Origin: Lingula anatina | Taxonomy: Eukaryota; Animalia; Brachiopoda | NCBI GenBank assembly: GCA_051362555.1 | Contig: CM120641.1 | Span: forward strand, 44,708,401 to 44,772,400 | Reading direction: 5' to 3' | Length of the DNA: 64,000 nucleotides | Part shown: positions 1-11,954 of the stretch, piece after piece | Position numbering within the stretch: the stretch's first letter is position 1 | Layout: each line of letters begins with the position of its first letter | The notes under the pieces: model-generated | The model's database searches: none | Told to the model about the DNA's origin: nothing | The model's input: only the letters and a program-made list of their open reading frames with translations | Translations under genes and position numbers: made by a program

Positions 1-296
1 CTGTAAATTTCAAGCCAAAAGGTTTAATGGTTTTCCATTTATTGTGTTATCCGTGCTGCATATATGCTGAAAAAAGTGAAAAAACAGCATAAATTCCCTA
101 AAAGTGACCCGATCATGCTGATTTTCGAACTTGACCTGCGTATTATGAATATTCATCAGTTCTGTAAGTTTCAAGCCAAAAGAAAAAACAGTATTCCACT
201 TATCGTGTTATCGGTAAAAGTGCACGGCGACGACGGCGACGACAGACGCAGATGATGGCTATATGTACAGACACATCTGTGTCTGTACATAAAAAG
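1..296 (+). mobile_element. 3' end of a Helentron/HINE-like non-autonomous element (truncated by the window start)
   Basis: (GACGGCGAC)-type micro-repeat at ~225-250, then terminal hairpin ATGTACAGACAC-atct-GTGTCTGTACAT followed by AAAAA; same end layout as the element ending at ~53078. Confidence 0.5.
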
Positions 297-1352
297 ACAT
301 TTTTTCCGTTTTTCCTTTATGTATCTATCGGTAACGGGAGTATAGGGACGTGTAATATTTTGGGACTAAATTTTATCCGTACGTACACTTTATTATGTAG
401 GCCCTGATAACCGATTATGTACTACATACATTTTTGTATATAGATGGGGTACGCGATAAGCACAATTGGCCTACAAAGCCGTTGTGTATTAAACAAGAGC
501 GATAATTAGAGAGGAAAATGGGTTACTTGATATCAAATGTATATGTACTATGAGAGAGAGAGAGAGAGATGACAAACAGACTGACCAATAGACAAGCATG
601 ACCTGTTAGGCTTGCAACCGCAAAAATGAAAGTAAGAAACGAAACGGAAAACTTCTACACTGTATTTTCGTTTAAATGACACTTTGACGAATAATTGCTT
701 GCTCTTTCTTCGGTAATTTATTATAACGTCTTGTGAAACCGTTGGTACAATTTGATTATCTTAATATCGTTTACATATTAAATTTATGTACAGACAATCT
801 TCGTTTGTGAAAAAACTTCGTTGGCGAGATACCTTTGAATTATTGCCATGATACGACCTCAGAATGTCTTTATATGGTTAAAAACATTTCACCGGTATTG
901 GTTGTACATAAAACGATGCGATTTGAAAAGAAGCACATACAATTCATAATGGTGAGAAATGGAGATGGATTTCAATCCTCCCCGGCAAATTTGAATAACT
1001 AATGAAAATCATTCTAGAATACAGAGTTTGCATTAAACAAATAAGGCACATTCATTACGGAAAAAACAAATGCATGAATCCGACATGACCACATAAGGTG
1101 ACAAAACTTTTCAAAATTATCGAGACGGCAGAGAGTCATCTTCGAACAAAAATTTCATGAATGACTAAATTTTCTAGTTTTTACTTTTTAACAATACTGG
1201 TTATTATAAGGTGAAAACAAAAATGCAATCAGAACAATGTTCCTCGCCAATGGAAAACAACGTGGTGTCTTAAATCTTGATTGGTAGTGAAGACGATCAC
1301 TCTGTCAATTTTTGAGACAATGTATGAATAGTCCACTAATACATAAAGCCAA

Positions 1353-1606
1353 TCAATTGACAGTGAAGACGACCAGTTTAGTCAATTTAGAGACGATGAC
1401 AGGCACCTGTTTCTTCTCATGTAGTGCTGAGTCACCCCTGCCTGATGTAGGACTGTATGTTTGGGAGGTGAACTCCTTAGCCATGCGATCACTTGCTTTT
1501 GTCAATATTCTTATGAGGTCCATTCCACGATTGTAATGCTCATTTAACTGTGAACAGAGGTTTATTATGAAATAAGATCCATGTGGTCCTTTGAATGAGA
1601 AAAACC
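1353..1606 (-). CDS. Caspase exon 7 (small subunit C-terminus)
   Basis: ttgttag acceptor, phase 1; GFFSFKGPHGSYFIINLC...KKQVPVIVSKLTKLVVFTVN*. Confidence 0.9.
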
Positions 1607-4600
1607 CTAACAAAGAGAAAGAAAATTTATCAGTTAACTTAAGTGAAAAAACTATCCACTTCACAAACACAGAGAAAACAGGTGAGCTCTTCAAACTGTT
1701 GCACCAGCTGATCATGAAAGTTTCACTACTATAGCTGGCCTACTATAGTGGCCTTCTTTCCCTTCATCTTTGCTGAAACTTAAAACATATCCTTAAAAAT
1801 TGGAAAAGAATTACTGCAAATAATATATATTTACAATAGGAGTTGTCCGGGATAGCCTATTTTGAACATCTGCGCAGCAGATGACGTCAAACGAGACCTG
1901 GATTGGAGCGAGATTTCACGAGAGGTGGGGTTAAAATCTGCCATTGAAACTTCTCTCGCGTCTTCTCACAAGTCTATGTTATAGGATTGCATTAAGTAAA
2001 ATTTGGCGTTGTCATGTAATTTGAGATAGAGCAATGCAATGGCGAATTACTAATGTTGTGTCATAGGGTGCATTGCAGTTAAAGCTTAGCAAGAAAACCA
2101 GGAAAATGACCATGGATGACGGACACGTCTGGCGAGAGAAGTGAAGTAAAGAAAGAGAAGTTGATTAGATTAAAAGGACTAACTGTCGACATATTTAAAG
2201 TACAGGTCAGGTCGTAGTATTTTGTAGGAAGAAAGGGACCAACTGCAGACAACTCGCACCCGACACGTCACTGGCTTCATGGCATCACCGTATAGACCGT
2301 ATCATCAACAGTCGAGGGGCATGTTAATAAGTACTGAGTAAGTTTTGTGTGTAGTTTACAGGATACCATGGTTTATTAATGTAATACAGCCCTAGTACTT
2401 GTGATTAATAGTCTTTTACAGTAACTATATGAGACAAATTTGCTTATACCATTCCTGTCTCGATATAACGTGTACCTGATTATGAAATACTGGTGAACCT
2501 TCCACACTTATTAAGTATACACAATGTTCAGTTGCATTTGTGACATTCCATGCCGGGTGGTCGGTTATAATAATTGCAAGTAAGGTAGAAATTAGAGTTG
2601 GTATTTTACAACAACGTTTATCACATGATGATATATATTTCAGAAAACTAAGTGAATTATTATTTTTTTATTTTAGAGCATGACAGACACAGCGCATGTT
2701 ATTGAACCAGGCAAGAACTGTGAGAGACGTGGTCAGGATAAACAGATGTTGAAGATTGCTCAGTGTATATTAATCTCTTATGTCCTTAGTTATTATGTTG
2801 TTGACTTATTATATCAGTAATCAACAGATGGCATTTTTGTCTGGGTGTCACTTACAGTATCAGGCATTTTCTTTATTACTTTAAAATGAAATATTTGGTT
2901 TTATGAATATATATACAGGCCTATGTATTGTACTGCACTAGTAATTTAATGAAGAAAATAATTTTTCTTGCTTGTATCATTCTTATGTTACTGTAGTGCC
3001 TTTTTAAAATAACTATATGACACCTGTTTTTCATATTATTTACTGAGATCACAAATACAAGTTCGCCTGTGATGTTGTGTTTATTTGCTGTATTTGTGTA
3101 TAAGTTATAACTGTCAATAAAATGCAATGACTTATGAAAAGTTCAACCTATATGTTGTCCATTTTAATACTTTCTTTTGTCATCTTTCCTGTCATTTAAG
3201 TCAAATCTGATCACAATGAAACTTACATTTTGTGAATGCTATCCATTAGCTTCTATAGCATCATTTTCATCAGTAAATAAATGAAGAAAATTAACTTTAT
3301 GATCAAGTTCCAGCCTTTAAATTTAGTGAAATTAAAACAAAGATGCTGGCAGGTCTAATGTTCTGATATGCCATCCATCAGTAAATGAAATGTCAAATGA
3401 TTTTTTTTACTTCTTTATAAGTAAAGTTTAATAGTAAAAAAAAAATATAAAGAAAAATAAGTTGCAGTTATAAAAAGCTTTTGTTGTTCAAACGGATCTC
3501 ATGAAATGACCAGTCAATGAAAAACAATGGTAACTAATGCCATTTTCCTGTACCACAAGCAAACCTCTGGTGATGTAGCCTGTTTAAACGCGACCTTTGC
3601 TGCGTAGTACGTCCTCCGGGCGAATTTTGCTTTGCAAGCGTCATCGGCTCTTAGCTTGGCAAATTCAACATGTCAGTTGTACGTACATATTATATCAATA
3701 CTTTTTCTTTATAAAGTGAAAAAAGAATAAGCCTGTAGCTCAAAATTTTTGTAAGTTCAGCTATTTTTCAAGTAAAGACATCGCTGCTCTACTTCCTTGT
3801 GGTCTCTATATATATTTTAACCCCACCTCAAGGCAGATCTCGTAAAATCACGGGGAAATGTGGTCTTCTCGTTGAGAACCCGGACAGCCTCTATTTGTGA
3901 ACTTTGAGCATAGGGAGCATTCAGATAAACACATCATACTAGTTGGGTCTGTCCAACTCAGCGGGGACTCTCAATAAGTACAATTGGCTTAAATGAATGA
4001 CATGCCTTCTCAAACTGCTAGGGGGTAACCTTCTTTTGTGCTTGCCATCCCTGCACATGTTAATTAAAGCAGACCTTACACTAGAAATTATTGGATCAGG
4101 GTCCTGGCATCATGAAGTGGGATTTACCTGGAGGAGTGCTGTAAGCTGTCAGAAAGTTATTATATGCAGGGATGTTTCTCATTTCTACTGGGGTAGAAGT
4201 TATTGTCCGTGGTGGGCCTGCTGAAACTTTGCCTGAATGGGCATCGTCTTTGACCAGAACACAATCATCAAGTCCTGTCCCTCGACATGCCTGGAAAAAA
4301 AACTTAAGTGACACAAACTCTATATATTGTACCAATATGTTAGTGTAACCGGTGTTACACATTCTCCAATGCACAATCACAAACACAAATGATCCACAAA
4401 TTTTGAGAAAGTAATATGGACTACGATATCAAAAATCGACAAAACCAAAGCTTTTGAATAAACTTAGAACTTACAATTTGACATTTAGATATTTTGTATA
4501 TTAAGATCTGAATCTGGTCTAAGAAATACACCTCAATTTGAGCCTAAGCCGAGACACATACAAGTATACACATACACAAGAAGAAACAAAGACTGGCTAC

Positions 4601-7543
4601 ACATTAGACAATAACCATGACCCCGAGTGTTGAAAAAATTGAGGACTCCCGGCTTGTTTTCGTTACCTGTATGAAAAACAACTTTGGCTTTCCTTTTAGT
4701 GATAAGCATGTGTCGTCTCGCAGTGGTTGCATAAACATTTCAATTTGAAGGGTACCATCGTAGCAATGAATGAGTCCCTGGAGAACTGGATCATCTGACG
4801 AATCTGGGACCTCTTTTCCATGAGAAAGTACTGCAAACACAATGCAGTCAGCATCTTCATTGTATTTTTCATCTTTTGCAGCTGAAACGTAAATATGAAT
4901 ATGCCTAAGAATTTTTTTTCCAGATTTTCTTCAAAAACTATATAAAAAGAAAAAAGAAAAAGAAAAAAAATGTACGAGGAGCACTTGCCAGAAGCATCCT
5001 CACAGCCCAAACAGTTAATCAAAACAGAAAATAGTGTGAAGAACGAACAAATCTGGATATGCAAAATAAACTAACGTGAAACATCATCCCAAACCTGACA
5101 ATATGTATTCATACAATGGAAACTTGAATTCAAGGAATTTTAATTTCCAGCGTGATATTTAATCTTACTTATTTAATCTTATTATCGGCTATCTACGGAG
5201 ATAATGTCACCAGAGATATTCACGGAGATACCCAGCCCCAGTAGACGGAAGAGGAGGAGGAGGGCAGAATTTTTGCGTATGCAGTCTTGTCAGAGGGCGC
5301 AGTTCGTTCTGATGCTGATGTTTGCCTTGTTCCCTACGCCTGATTGAACTGGAAGGGGGGGGGGGGTGTTTTCACAATTTTGATCCTGATTCATAGCTGC
5401 TCTACGGGCCAATTCATTTCTTTTTCTCAGGTAGCTTCTACATGGCGAACGGAGCCGAGATTTAATGACTGTAATCCGCAGGGACGACGTGTGGGGAGAC
5501 GTGTGAGAGGTGGAGAGACTATTAAAAGATTAGGCGGTTTTCCTTTCATGTACGTCCGGCATATTTAGTCTCAGGATTTGTAAAGCCTGGCTCAAATTGT
5601 TGTGAATGCGGTCTTAGATAAGTATTGTGTCACATGTCAATAAGAAGCAAATACAAGTGTAACTTATAGTCTGATAATTTCTTTCAATATCAGATGACCT
5701 TCGCTAATGGAAGTAGTAGCTATAAAACAAGGCTAACCAGCTATGCTTATGCTGAAGTTAAAATGATCATATAACTATAAATTGATCAGAAATGAATCAT
5801 ATCCACACTGGCTCTGTTCTTTACCTTCTTCAATAATCTTCAGTGTTTCTGATGAAGTTAACTGAGTTAATTTTGAACCTTTGTAAAACTTGATGTTTTC
5901 TGGAAGAATTTTTTTCTGTTTTAGTACTGCCTGGAAGGCCTTCTGACGTTCTTCATAAGCAACAGAGGTATCCTTCTCTAAAATGCAAGACATAAAAAGT
6001 TAGAAAGAAAAATATGAACTATTGCTTCAAGCACGCTTTAGTAACTCAAAGACACTCATGTAAGTTATATTTATCTATTATTTGACAGTTGTTTTTGCTA
6101 CAAAAGAATATTCCCAAAATTTAATTTTTAGTTGACGATGTACATATGTCCTTATCAATAAGTATATGGTCACTTTATTCAGGTACTGCGGTACACTTGA
6201 ATACAAACAAGAAACATAAATAAATTCAAATTAGTTCAAATATGCATACCAGACCCATTTGCCTTAGCTATGAGTAATTCTGACCCTGGCTGCACATGTA
6301 TTCCATGATAGATGTGAATATCATCTTCAGCAAAACCTAACTTCTTGAAGGTTTCCACCAACATGTTGGCATCACAAATAGAAGCTAAAAGGAGTAAAAT
6401 CACCCTGCTAAAAAGGCGTATTTCCAGCAATTTCTGAAACCCTGAGTCAAATGGAATTCATGAGTAAACAACTGTGCAAACATGTTTTTAAAAATATTGT
6501 TTTTGTATACACTTTATAATCTAAGGCTCTATTCCCATAGATTTTAGATTGATCTATCCCCGCGGGGAGTCTCATTAGATTACTTTCAGATAATCTGACT
6601 TAAATGTCCGTCCCGCCTACTACAAGCTGTAAGAGGGTAATTAACTTTCGTGTCCACCCGGCTGACAGCTATTTAGCTTGAACCCCCAGGGAGTTAGGTC
6701 GATCTAAACTAGGTCGATCTAATCTATGGAAATGGGGTGTAACATTTCTATGTACATGTAGTTGAAATTTTTAATTGAAAAATTGTGTAAAAAAAGAGTA
6801 AAAGGTAAATATCAGCAAGAAAACCTCCAGCTTACACATTTCTTACAGCTGAAACCTTTCTATGCTTAAATGTAAAAAGATGAAAGTGCAAGAGTACCAA
6901 GTCTTTTTTGAATTTTAATTTTTGGATCATATTCCATGTGGTTAAATATTATTGCTTTTCCTCTTTTGCCATGATTAAAATCGTAGTGCCACTGCACGTC
7001 GCAAGTATTGTCTCTGAAAATAAAGAAAAATATCAAAAATGTATCTCTTCTGCACAAAAAATGTATAACATGAAAAAAACTGAACGATTTCCACGGTAGA
7101 GCGTACGAATGCCCACTCACATTGAATGAAGTTGGAAATTTTGGGCACTTTCGTTTTTAAAAATCACATGATTTAGCGTCAGCATGATACATAAATAGAT
7201 CTCCACATATACGTACTAACACAGTTTACGTCACATTCGAGTTAACTGTCTAACTCATAACTAGGGGATATAAAAATATAAAACTAAGAAAGGTGTGCTT
7301 GAAAACGAACTAATAACCCTTGGCTTAAAAAGTAAGGTTTCCCGCTAGTCTACCGGTAGTGTTTTAATAGTGACAGATGAAGCATCGTTGAACTTGAAAT
7401 GAACTGTTGTGTTCGACCCATCGTCAGTGTGGTTTGTAAAACAAGAACGACTTTTTCAGCTTCAGTTATTTAGTCTCAACCTTGAGTAAGTTGAAAATAC
7501 TTGACGAACAAATCGGTAAAACTTACCCGCCACCCGCCGACAT
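1353..7543 (-). CDS. Short-prodomain (effector-type, caspase-3/7-like) caspase, 7 exons, ~350 aa
   Basis: Exons 7543-7527, 7013-6898, 6384-6250, 5977-5825, 4881-4667, 4290-4128, 1606-1353 join in frame through GT-AG introns (1053 nt). Motifs: RGKAIIFNH, FKKLGF, VLSHG (catalytic His), LKGKPKLFFIQACRG (catalytic Cys), FLTAYSTPPG, GSYFI, KQVP. Confidence 0.9.
1835..3895 (+). mobile_element. Degenerate DNA transposon with THAP-domain remnant, in caspase intron 6
   Basis: Imperfect TIRs (AATAGGAGTTGTCCGGG / CCCGGACAGCCTCTATT) and subterminal inverted GAGGTGGGGTTAAAAT; interrupted reading from 2039 gives MANY*CCVIGC...REKLIR...QVRS*YFVGRKGPT...HPT, resembling the THAP consensus. Confidence 0.55.
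4128..4290 (-). CDS. Caspase exon 6 (catalytic Cys, intersubunit linker)
   Basis: ttccag|GCATGTCGAGGG = ACRG...; ends PP G|gtaaat. Confidence 0.92.
4667..4881 (-). CDS. Caspase exon 5 (catalytic His)
   Basis: tttcag acceptor; AAKDEKYNEDADCIVFAVLSHG...GKPKLFFIQ|gtaacg. Confidence 0.92.
5825..5977 (-). CDS. Caspase exon 4 (symmetric phase 1-1, mostly insertion)
   Basis: cattttag acceptor, gtaaag donor, 153 nt; EKDTSVAYEERQKAFQAVLKQKKILPENIKFYKGSKLTQLTSSETLKIIEE. Confidence 0.75.
6250..6384 (-). CDS. Caspase exon 3
   Basis: ccttttag acceptor, gtatgc donor, 135 nt; ASICDANMLVETFKKLGFAEDDIHIYHG... Confidence 0.85.
6525..6740. mobile_element. Small MITE-like inverted-repeat element
   Basis: GGCTCTATTCCCATAGATT...GATCTA at left pairs imperfectly with TAGGTCGATCTAATCTATGGAAATGGGG at right. 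Confidence 0.45.
6898..7013 (-). CDS. Caspase exon 2
   Basis: ttttcag acceptor, phase 2; DNTCDVQWHYDFNHGKRGKAIIFNHMEYDPKIKIQKRL; weak gtactc donor fixed by frame compatibility with exon 3. Confidence 0.85.
7527..7543 (-). CDS. Caspase exon 1 (start codon)
   Basis: ATGTCGGCGGGTGGCGG|gtaagt; phase 2 matches exon 2. Confidence 0.7.
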
Positions 7544-8586
7544 CTCTGGTTGTTTATGGGCAATTTCCGATAACACTTCCAGCTTCGTTGCGCCCTCTAT
7601 AGAGTGAGCTTAGAAATCTCACCTGTAGCAATCGGTGCATGATAGTTTGATTTCTTTAACGGCGATTATGATGGTTCAATAAATACAAAGACACAAATAT
7701 TCAAATTTTGTTGAAATTTTTCTTTATTTTCTATTTTATTGGTGCTCTTCTCTTCATTGTACATACCACAGAAGTAGAGAAAACTTCTACGTACATACTA
7801 AGCACATGTAAACACAACTAGTGGAAATACTGCTACAAGTATGCAAAAGTAATATATGGTTGAACATGAAATGAAATAATATAACCGGTGCATGCATTTG
7901 ACTTATATATCTATGAGATATGAAATAATACAAAGGTCTAATTTTTGTTGTAAAAGGTAAATGATGGATATATCAATCTTTTTTTTTTTTTTTTTGTAAA
8001 ATTCATCATTAGTTAATAATATTCAGTTATTTTAGTTAAATAATTATCCATTGTCCATGAACATTACATGATAATATAATACCAACCAGTATTATATGAA
8101 AGAGTATCTTAGCCCGATTTTAGGCAATGGTTTGGATCAACAGCAAGTGTGTCAGACTCCGCCGTCCCCTCTTGGCATCAAACGTGTCATTGAACTGAAT
8201 TACATATCTGCTTCTTTTTGGACTTTTTTAAAATAAATATAAATGGCAGTGAGTTTTTAAGGAGTTAAATATACTGTAGAGAGGAAAATATTGTAGAATG
8301 ACTTTTTCTGTCTCATTATACTCAGACATGGAATTTTTTTCTTTCGGAGAAAAAAAATGAAATATTTACCTTTTGGATGCATTGCCAATTAATGCTGTGG
8401 TTTATGTCAATGTATCAAACGGTTTATTCAAAAAGGAAAAAAAGAAAAGAAAATGTACATATTTACGATTCATTAGTAATAGAGAGGCTTTCATATGATG
8501 GAAGCCTCGATGTGCATATTATGATATTTTAATACACCATGAGGACTGAAGTTTGCCTTGGGACAAAAATTTTATGGCTTTTACAT

Positions 8587-8741
8587 TCACAAGTTGTTAT
8601 GTGTGGAAAGTGATGTCATCTTTAGCTGAGCTTTATAATGCTCTCTCCTTGTATTGCTCATCAAAACGGAGAACTTCACCCTCATCTCTTTGTCTGTTGG
8701 AACTACCCAGTTATTCTGCAGACACAATGCTTTAACAAAAT
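8587..8741 (-). CDS. BEN-domain module exon 3 (terminal)
   Basis: ctttcag acceptor, phase 1; DFVKALCLQNNWVVPTDKEMRVKFSVLMSNTRREHYKAQLKMTSLSTHNNL*. Confidence 0.8.
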
Positions 8742-8914
8742 CTGAAAGATAAAAGTAAAACAACAAGAAAAATATGAATTATCATGACAAATTAATAATT
8801 TAAAACAAAAAAATTGTTTAAATGACAAGCCATGACAATGACACTAACTGTAGATTTTCTATTGCATAATCCTTTTACATTACAATATCCAAAATAATTA
8901 CTATTAATATTCAC

Positions 8915-8990
8915 CTTTTACAGCTGCCTGCTTTGTAAGATTTAGCACATTTTCAAGAGTTACACCTTTTCTCAGCTTGGTGCCCTTAGA
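8915..8990 (-). CDS. BEN-domain module exon 2
   Basis: ttttgtag acceptor phase 0, gtgaat donor phase 1; SKGTKLRKGVTLENVLNLTKQAAVK. Confidence 0.8.
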
Positions 8991-9486
8991 CTACAAAATA
9001 ATAATGAAAGGAAGGAAAGACATGGTAATTGAAAATGTTATCTTCACCATTGCCCTATTATAAATGGTAACTTAACAAGGTAGCAAAACTGTCAAATGGA
9101 CAGAAAACGTAACTAGCACAAAGCATTAACTGTAAAAATGAAAAATTAAAAAAAAACAAAAACAAAAAAAAAACAAATTAAATAATCAATTAATAAATTT
9201 AGTGTAATAATTTATTCCTGTATATTCAATGATAATAAGTAAAACAGTTTTCCCTTTATTATGTTTAAGTTACATATGAATTCAAGTCACTTAGCTCAAC
9301 CAAATGCTATCATATAGTTCCAAATAGCATAACTTACAGAAATACTAGTATGCATTATTTCCTACTTAAAAACTATACTTAAACAGACATATATATATAT
9401 GGTTTGGATCACATACTTAAAAACTATATTAAAACACACACACACACATGGTAAAACTGCCAAAATTAGCCAATAGATTAACTTAC

Positions 9487-9669
9487 TGTGATGAGCTCCT
9501 CTGGGGTAAACACCAGCCGAATAACTCCGGTCATGAGGTGACTTAATGGGTCGAATTGTTCATGTAAATCTAGCATAAGATTGGTTAAAGATGCTTTGTT
9601 GACCAGTACCTTGCTATATTTCTCAGGATCGTCGGGATCAATTATCAATGGCTGAAGACAATCACCTGC
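9487..9669 (-). CDS. BEN-domain module exon 1 (most distal alternative acceptor)
   Basis: atttccag acceptor phase 0, gtaagt donor; AGDCLQPLIIDPDDPEKYSKVLVNKASLTNLMLDLHEQFDPLSHLMTGVIRLVFTPEELIT; the LVFTPEEL motif matches the BEN pattern. Confidence 0.8.
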
Positions 9670-9746
9670 CTGGAAATCAATGTGGTAGTAGCAAAATATT
9701 CAAGAGAGAGAGAGAGAAAAAGAGAAAGGGACAGAGACTCATACTT

Positions 9747-9917
9747 GAGGGTAGGGAATACCTTTAGCGTGCCACATGATTGACCTTATTTTTGGAGCGT
9801 GATGCGTTATTTGAGCCCAATATTCTGCGTGAAATGTGATTCAGGAATTCTTGGTGATCGGCCAGAATACATCTTGGTGATTAAGGGGGAGGGGGGGGGG
9901 GGGTATTCCCTACCCTC
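9747..9917. mobile_element. MITE
   Basis: 16-bp TIR GAGGGTAGGGAATACC / GGTATTCCCTACCCTC. Confidence 0.6.
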
Positions 9918-10613
9918 GTACTTTTCAAGTCAAACTTTTTTGCCATATTATTGAAGGTATTGTGCTAACAAGAATTGTGTTCAGCAGAGGACAACATTAA
10001 GCTCAGACTCTTAATTAAACCAGCCTTCCAATATTTATGTCTGACTGATGGTCTGATAAACAAATAAAACAACGCACAAACAAATAAATTAAGAGGTCAG
10101 AAGTTTTTATTAGAAAGCAGTACTTGGATGATAACTAAGTATCTTAAAATGACTTAAAATCACTATTAATCTGATCACTCATTCTGTTTAAGGGTCTCAT
10201 TTTTGTTTTAGTTGAAAGATAAGGAAAAATTCAATCATGGCCATTTTCGAACATGGCTGAGGTGTAAACACAGTGAGTAATCCACGCTGAAGCAAAAAGT
10301 GCAGTGAAAAAGAAATGTGCACATTCCCACTCTGGCTCTGATCACCACTCCAGTAATGTATAGAAATTCAGGTGATATGTACAGACACAGTACTACATAA
10401 AATGGTTGCTACAGGATTTAAAACAATACTCGTAGGAAATTGTGGTCACACCCCAAGTCAGCTCAATTTGGCTATCAAGCTTGATAAAAAAAAACAGATA
10501 TGCAAAAAATATAAAAATAAATAAATAAATAAATAATAAACAAATATATGTTGTTTAATAACCTCAAACTTGCAGGTAAACCATTAAACTTCCTCTTGAA
10601 AAATCTATAAAAA

Positions 10614-10994
10614 CTAATGTTCATTCTGACTGTGCGACTCCAGACTTCGCTTTGTACCAAAAAGCTTTCCACACTGCTCGCAAGACAGTCCCTGCCCATG
10701 AATCGTCTGCTTGTGATAGCCCAGTGCCCATTCCTCCTGATAAGAGTTCCCGCATATGTCACAGGAATACTTCTTTCCAGTGTGTAACAGCAGGTGCCTG
10801 TTCAGGCTATACTTTCTGTTGCAGCTAAATGAGCAGTGTGGACAATGATAAGGTTTGGCTCCCTTTTCTGCTGCATCTGATGTATCATCCATAATGCTTC
10901 TGGCTGTGAGACTTGTGGCACCATCTATTTGATATCGCCTAGGAGCAGCTGTGCTTTGTGCTCCAAATTCACTGTACTCTTTGCTGTTCGCTAT
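10614..10994 (-). CDS. Alternative terminal exon V32, three C2H2 fingers
   Basis: ttgtgtag|ATA phase 0; IANSKEYSEFG...KPYHCPHCSFSCNRKYSLNRHLLLHTGKKYSCDIC...SHSQNEH*. Confidence 0.88.
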   Translation of the reverse strand: MANSKEYSEFGAQSTAAPRRYQIDGATSLTARSIMDDTSDAAEKGAKPYHCPHCSFSCNRKYSLNRHLLLHTGKKYSCDICGNSYQEEWALGYHKQTIHGQGLSCEQCGKLFGTKRSLESHSQNEH

Positions 10995-11954
10995 CTACAC
11001 AATAAAGACTGAACTGTAAACTATTGACAAAGAAACGTCACTGGATCTAGTTTACACATTTGAGAACAAATTGCTCTTTGGGTTGACAAGTACACCCAAG
11101 CGCTCACAGATAAATATGGTGTCAAATTTGAAAAAAAGGCTAAAATTTGAGGCAGATTTTATTTTTCAGATTAGTGAAGTGTTATCACGTCAGTCGTAAA
11201 AATATCAGACAAGGGCAAACTATATCAAAGTTCTTTAAGTTAAGTAATACATGTATAATTTTTATATTAGCAGATGTATAGAGAGTAAAAATTAGATAAG
11301 GGCTTTTCAAACTATCAGGCATGGGCATACAATATACATATCACATTGTCATTATATTCTTAGATGTCATCAAAATACTTTCATGAGGACAGTAATTTAG
11401 TTTCAATTTACAGAAACAAAATAATATTCACCATATCTTTTAGATAGTTTTTTAAATCCTTTTTACATTAGAAATATATCTCATATTGTATTGAAAACTT
11501 TACTTTGTATGAGTAAAAACTTATAATATATCACCAAGTAAGAAATAATCAAGTCTTAAAGGCACACAATGAGCAGTATGGCAAAATTCAATTATCCTGA
11601 AAATTTTGACTCTTTTTCCTTAATCACCAAGGTATAACATATCCAATCAAATGGTCAAAGAATTATGCCTGATATTTTTAATATCTACATTTATAACTTT
11701 TGAGTAACTCTCAAAGAGGAGATGAAGACCATAAAAATTTCACTTGTGACAGCCAAAAAATAAAATAAAATAAACAAATAAATAAAATGGGCCAAAAATG
11801 GGTTTTAGAATTTGTTTTCCATAGTTTTGAATTAAACAAAGGTGATAAAGAATTATTTGAAATTTCTAGGAAAATGATTTCTTGCCAGATTCAGCATTAA
11901 TTGTCTACATAATTTTCTTTAAAAGTCAGAACATAATAATTTAAAATATTTCTT

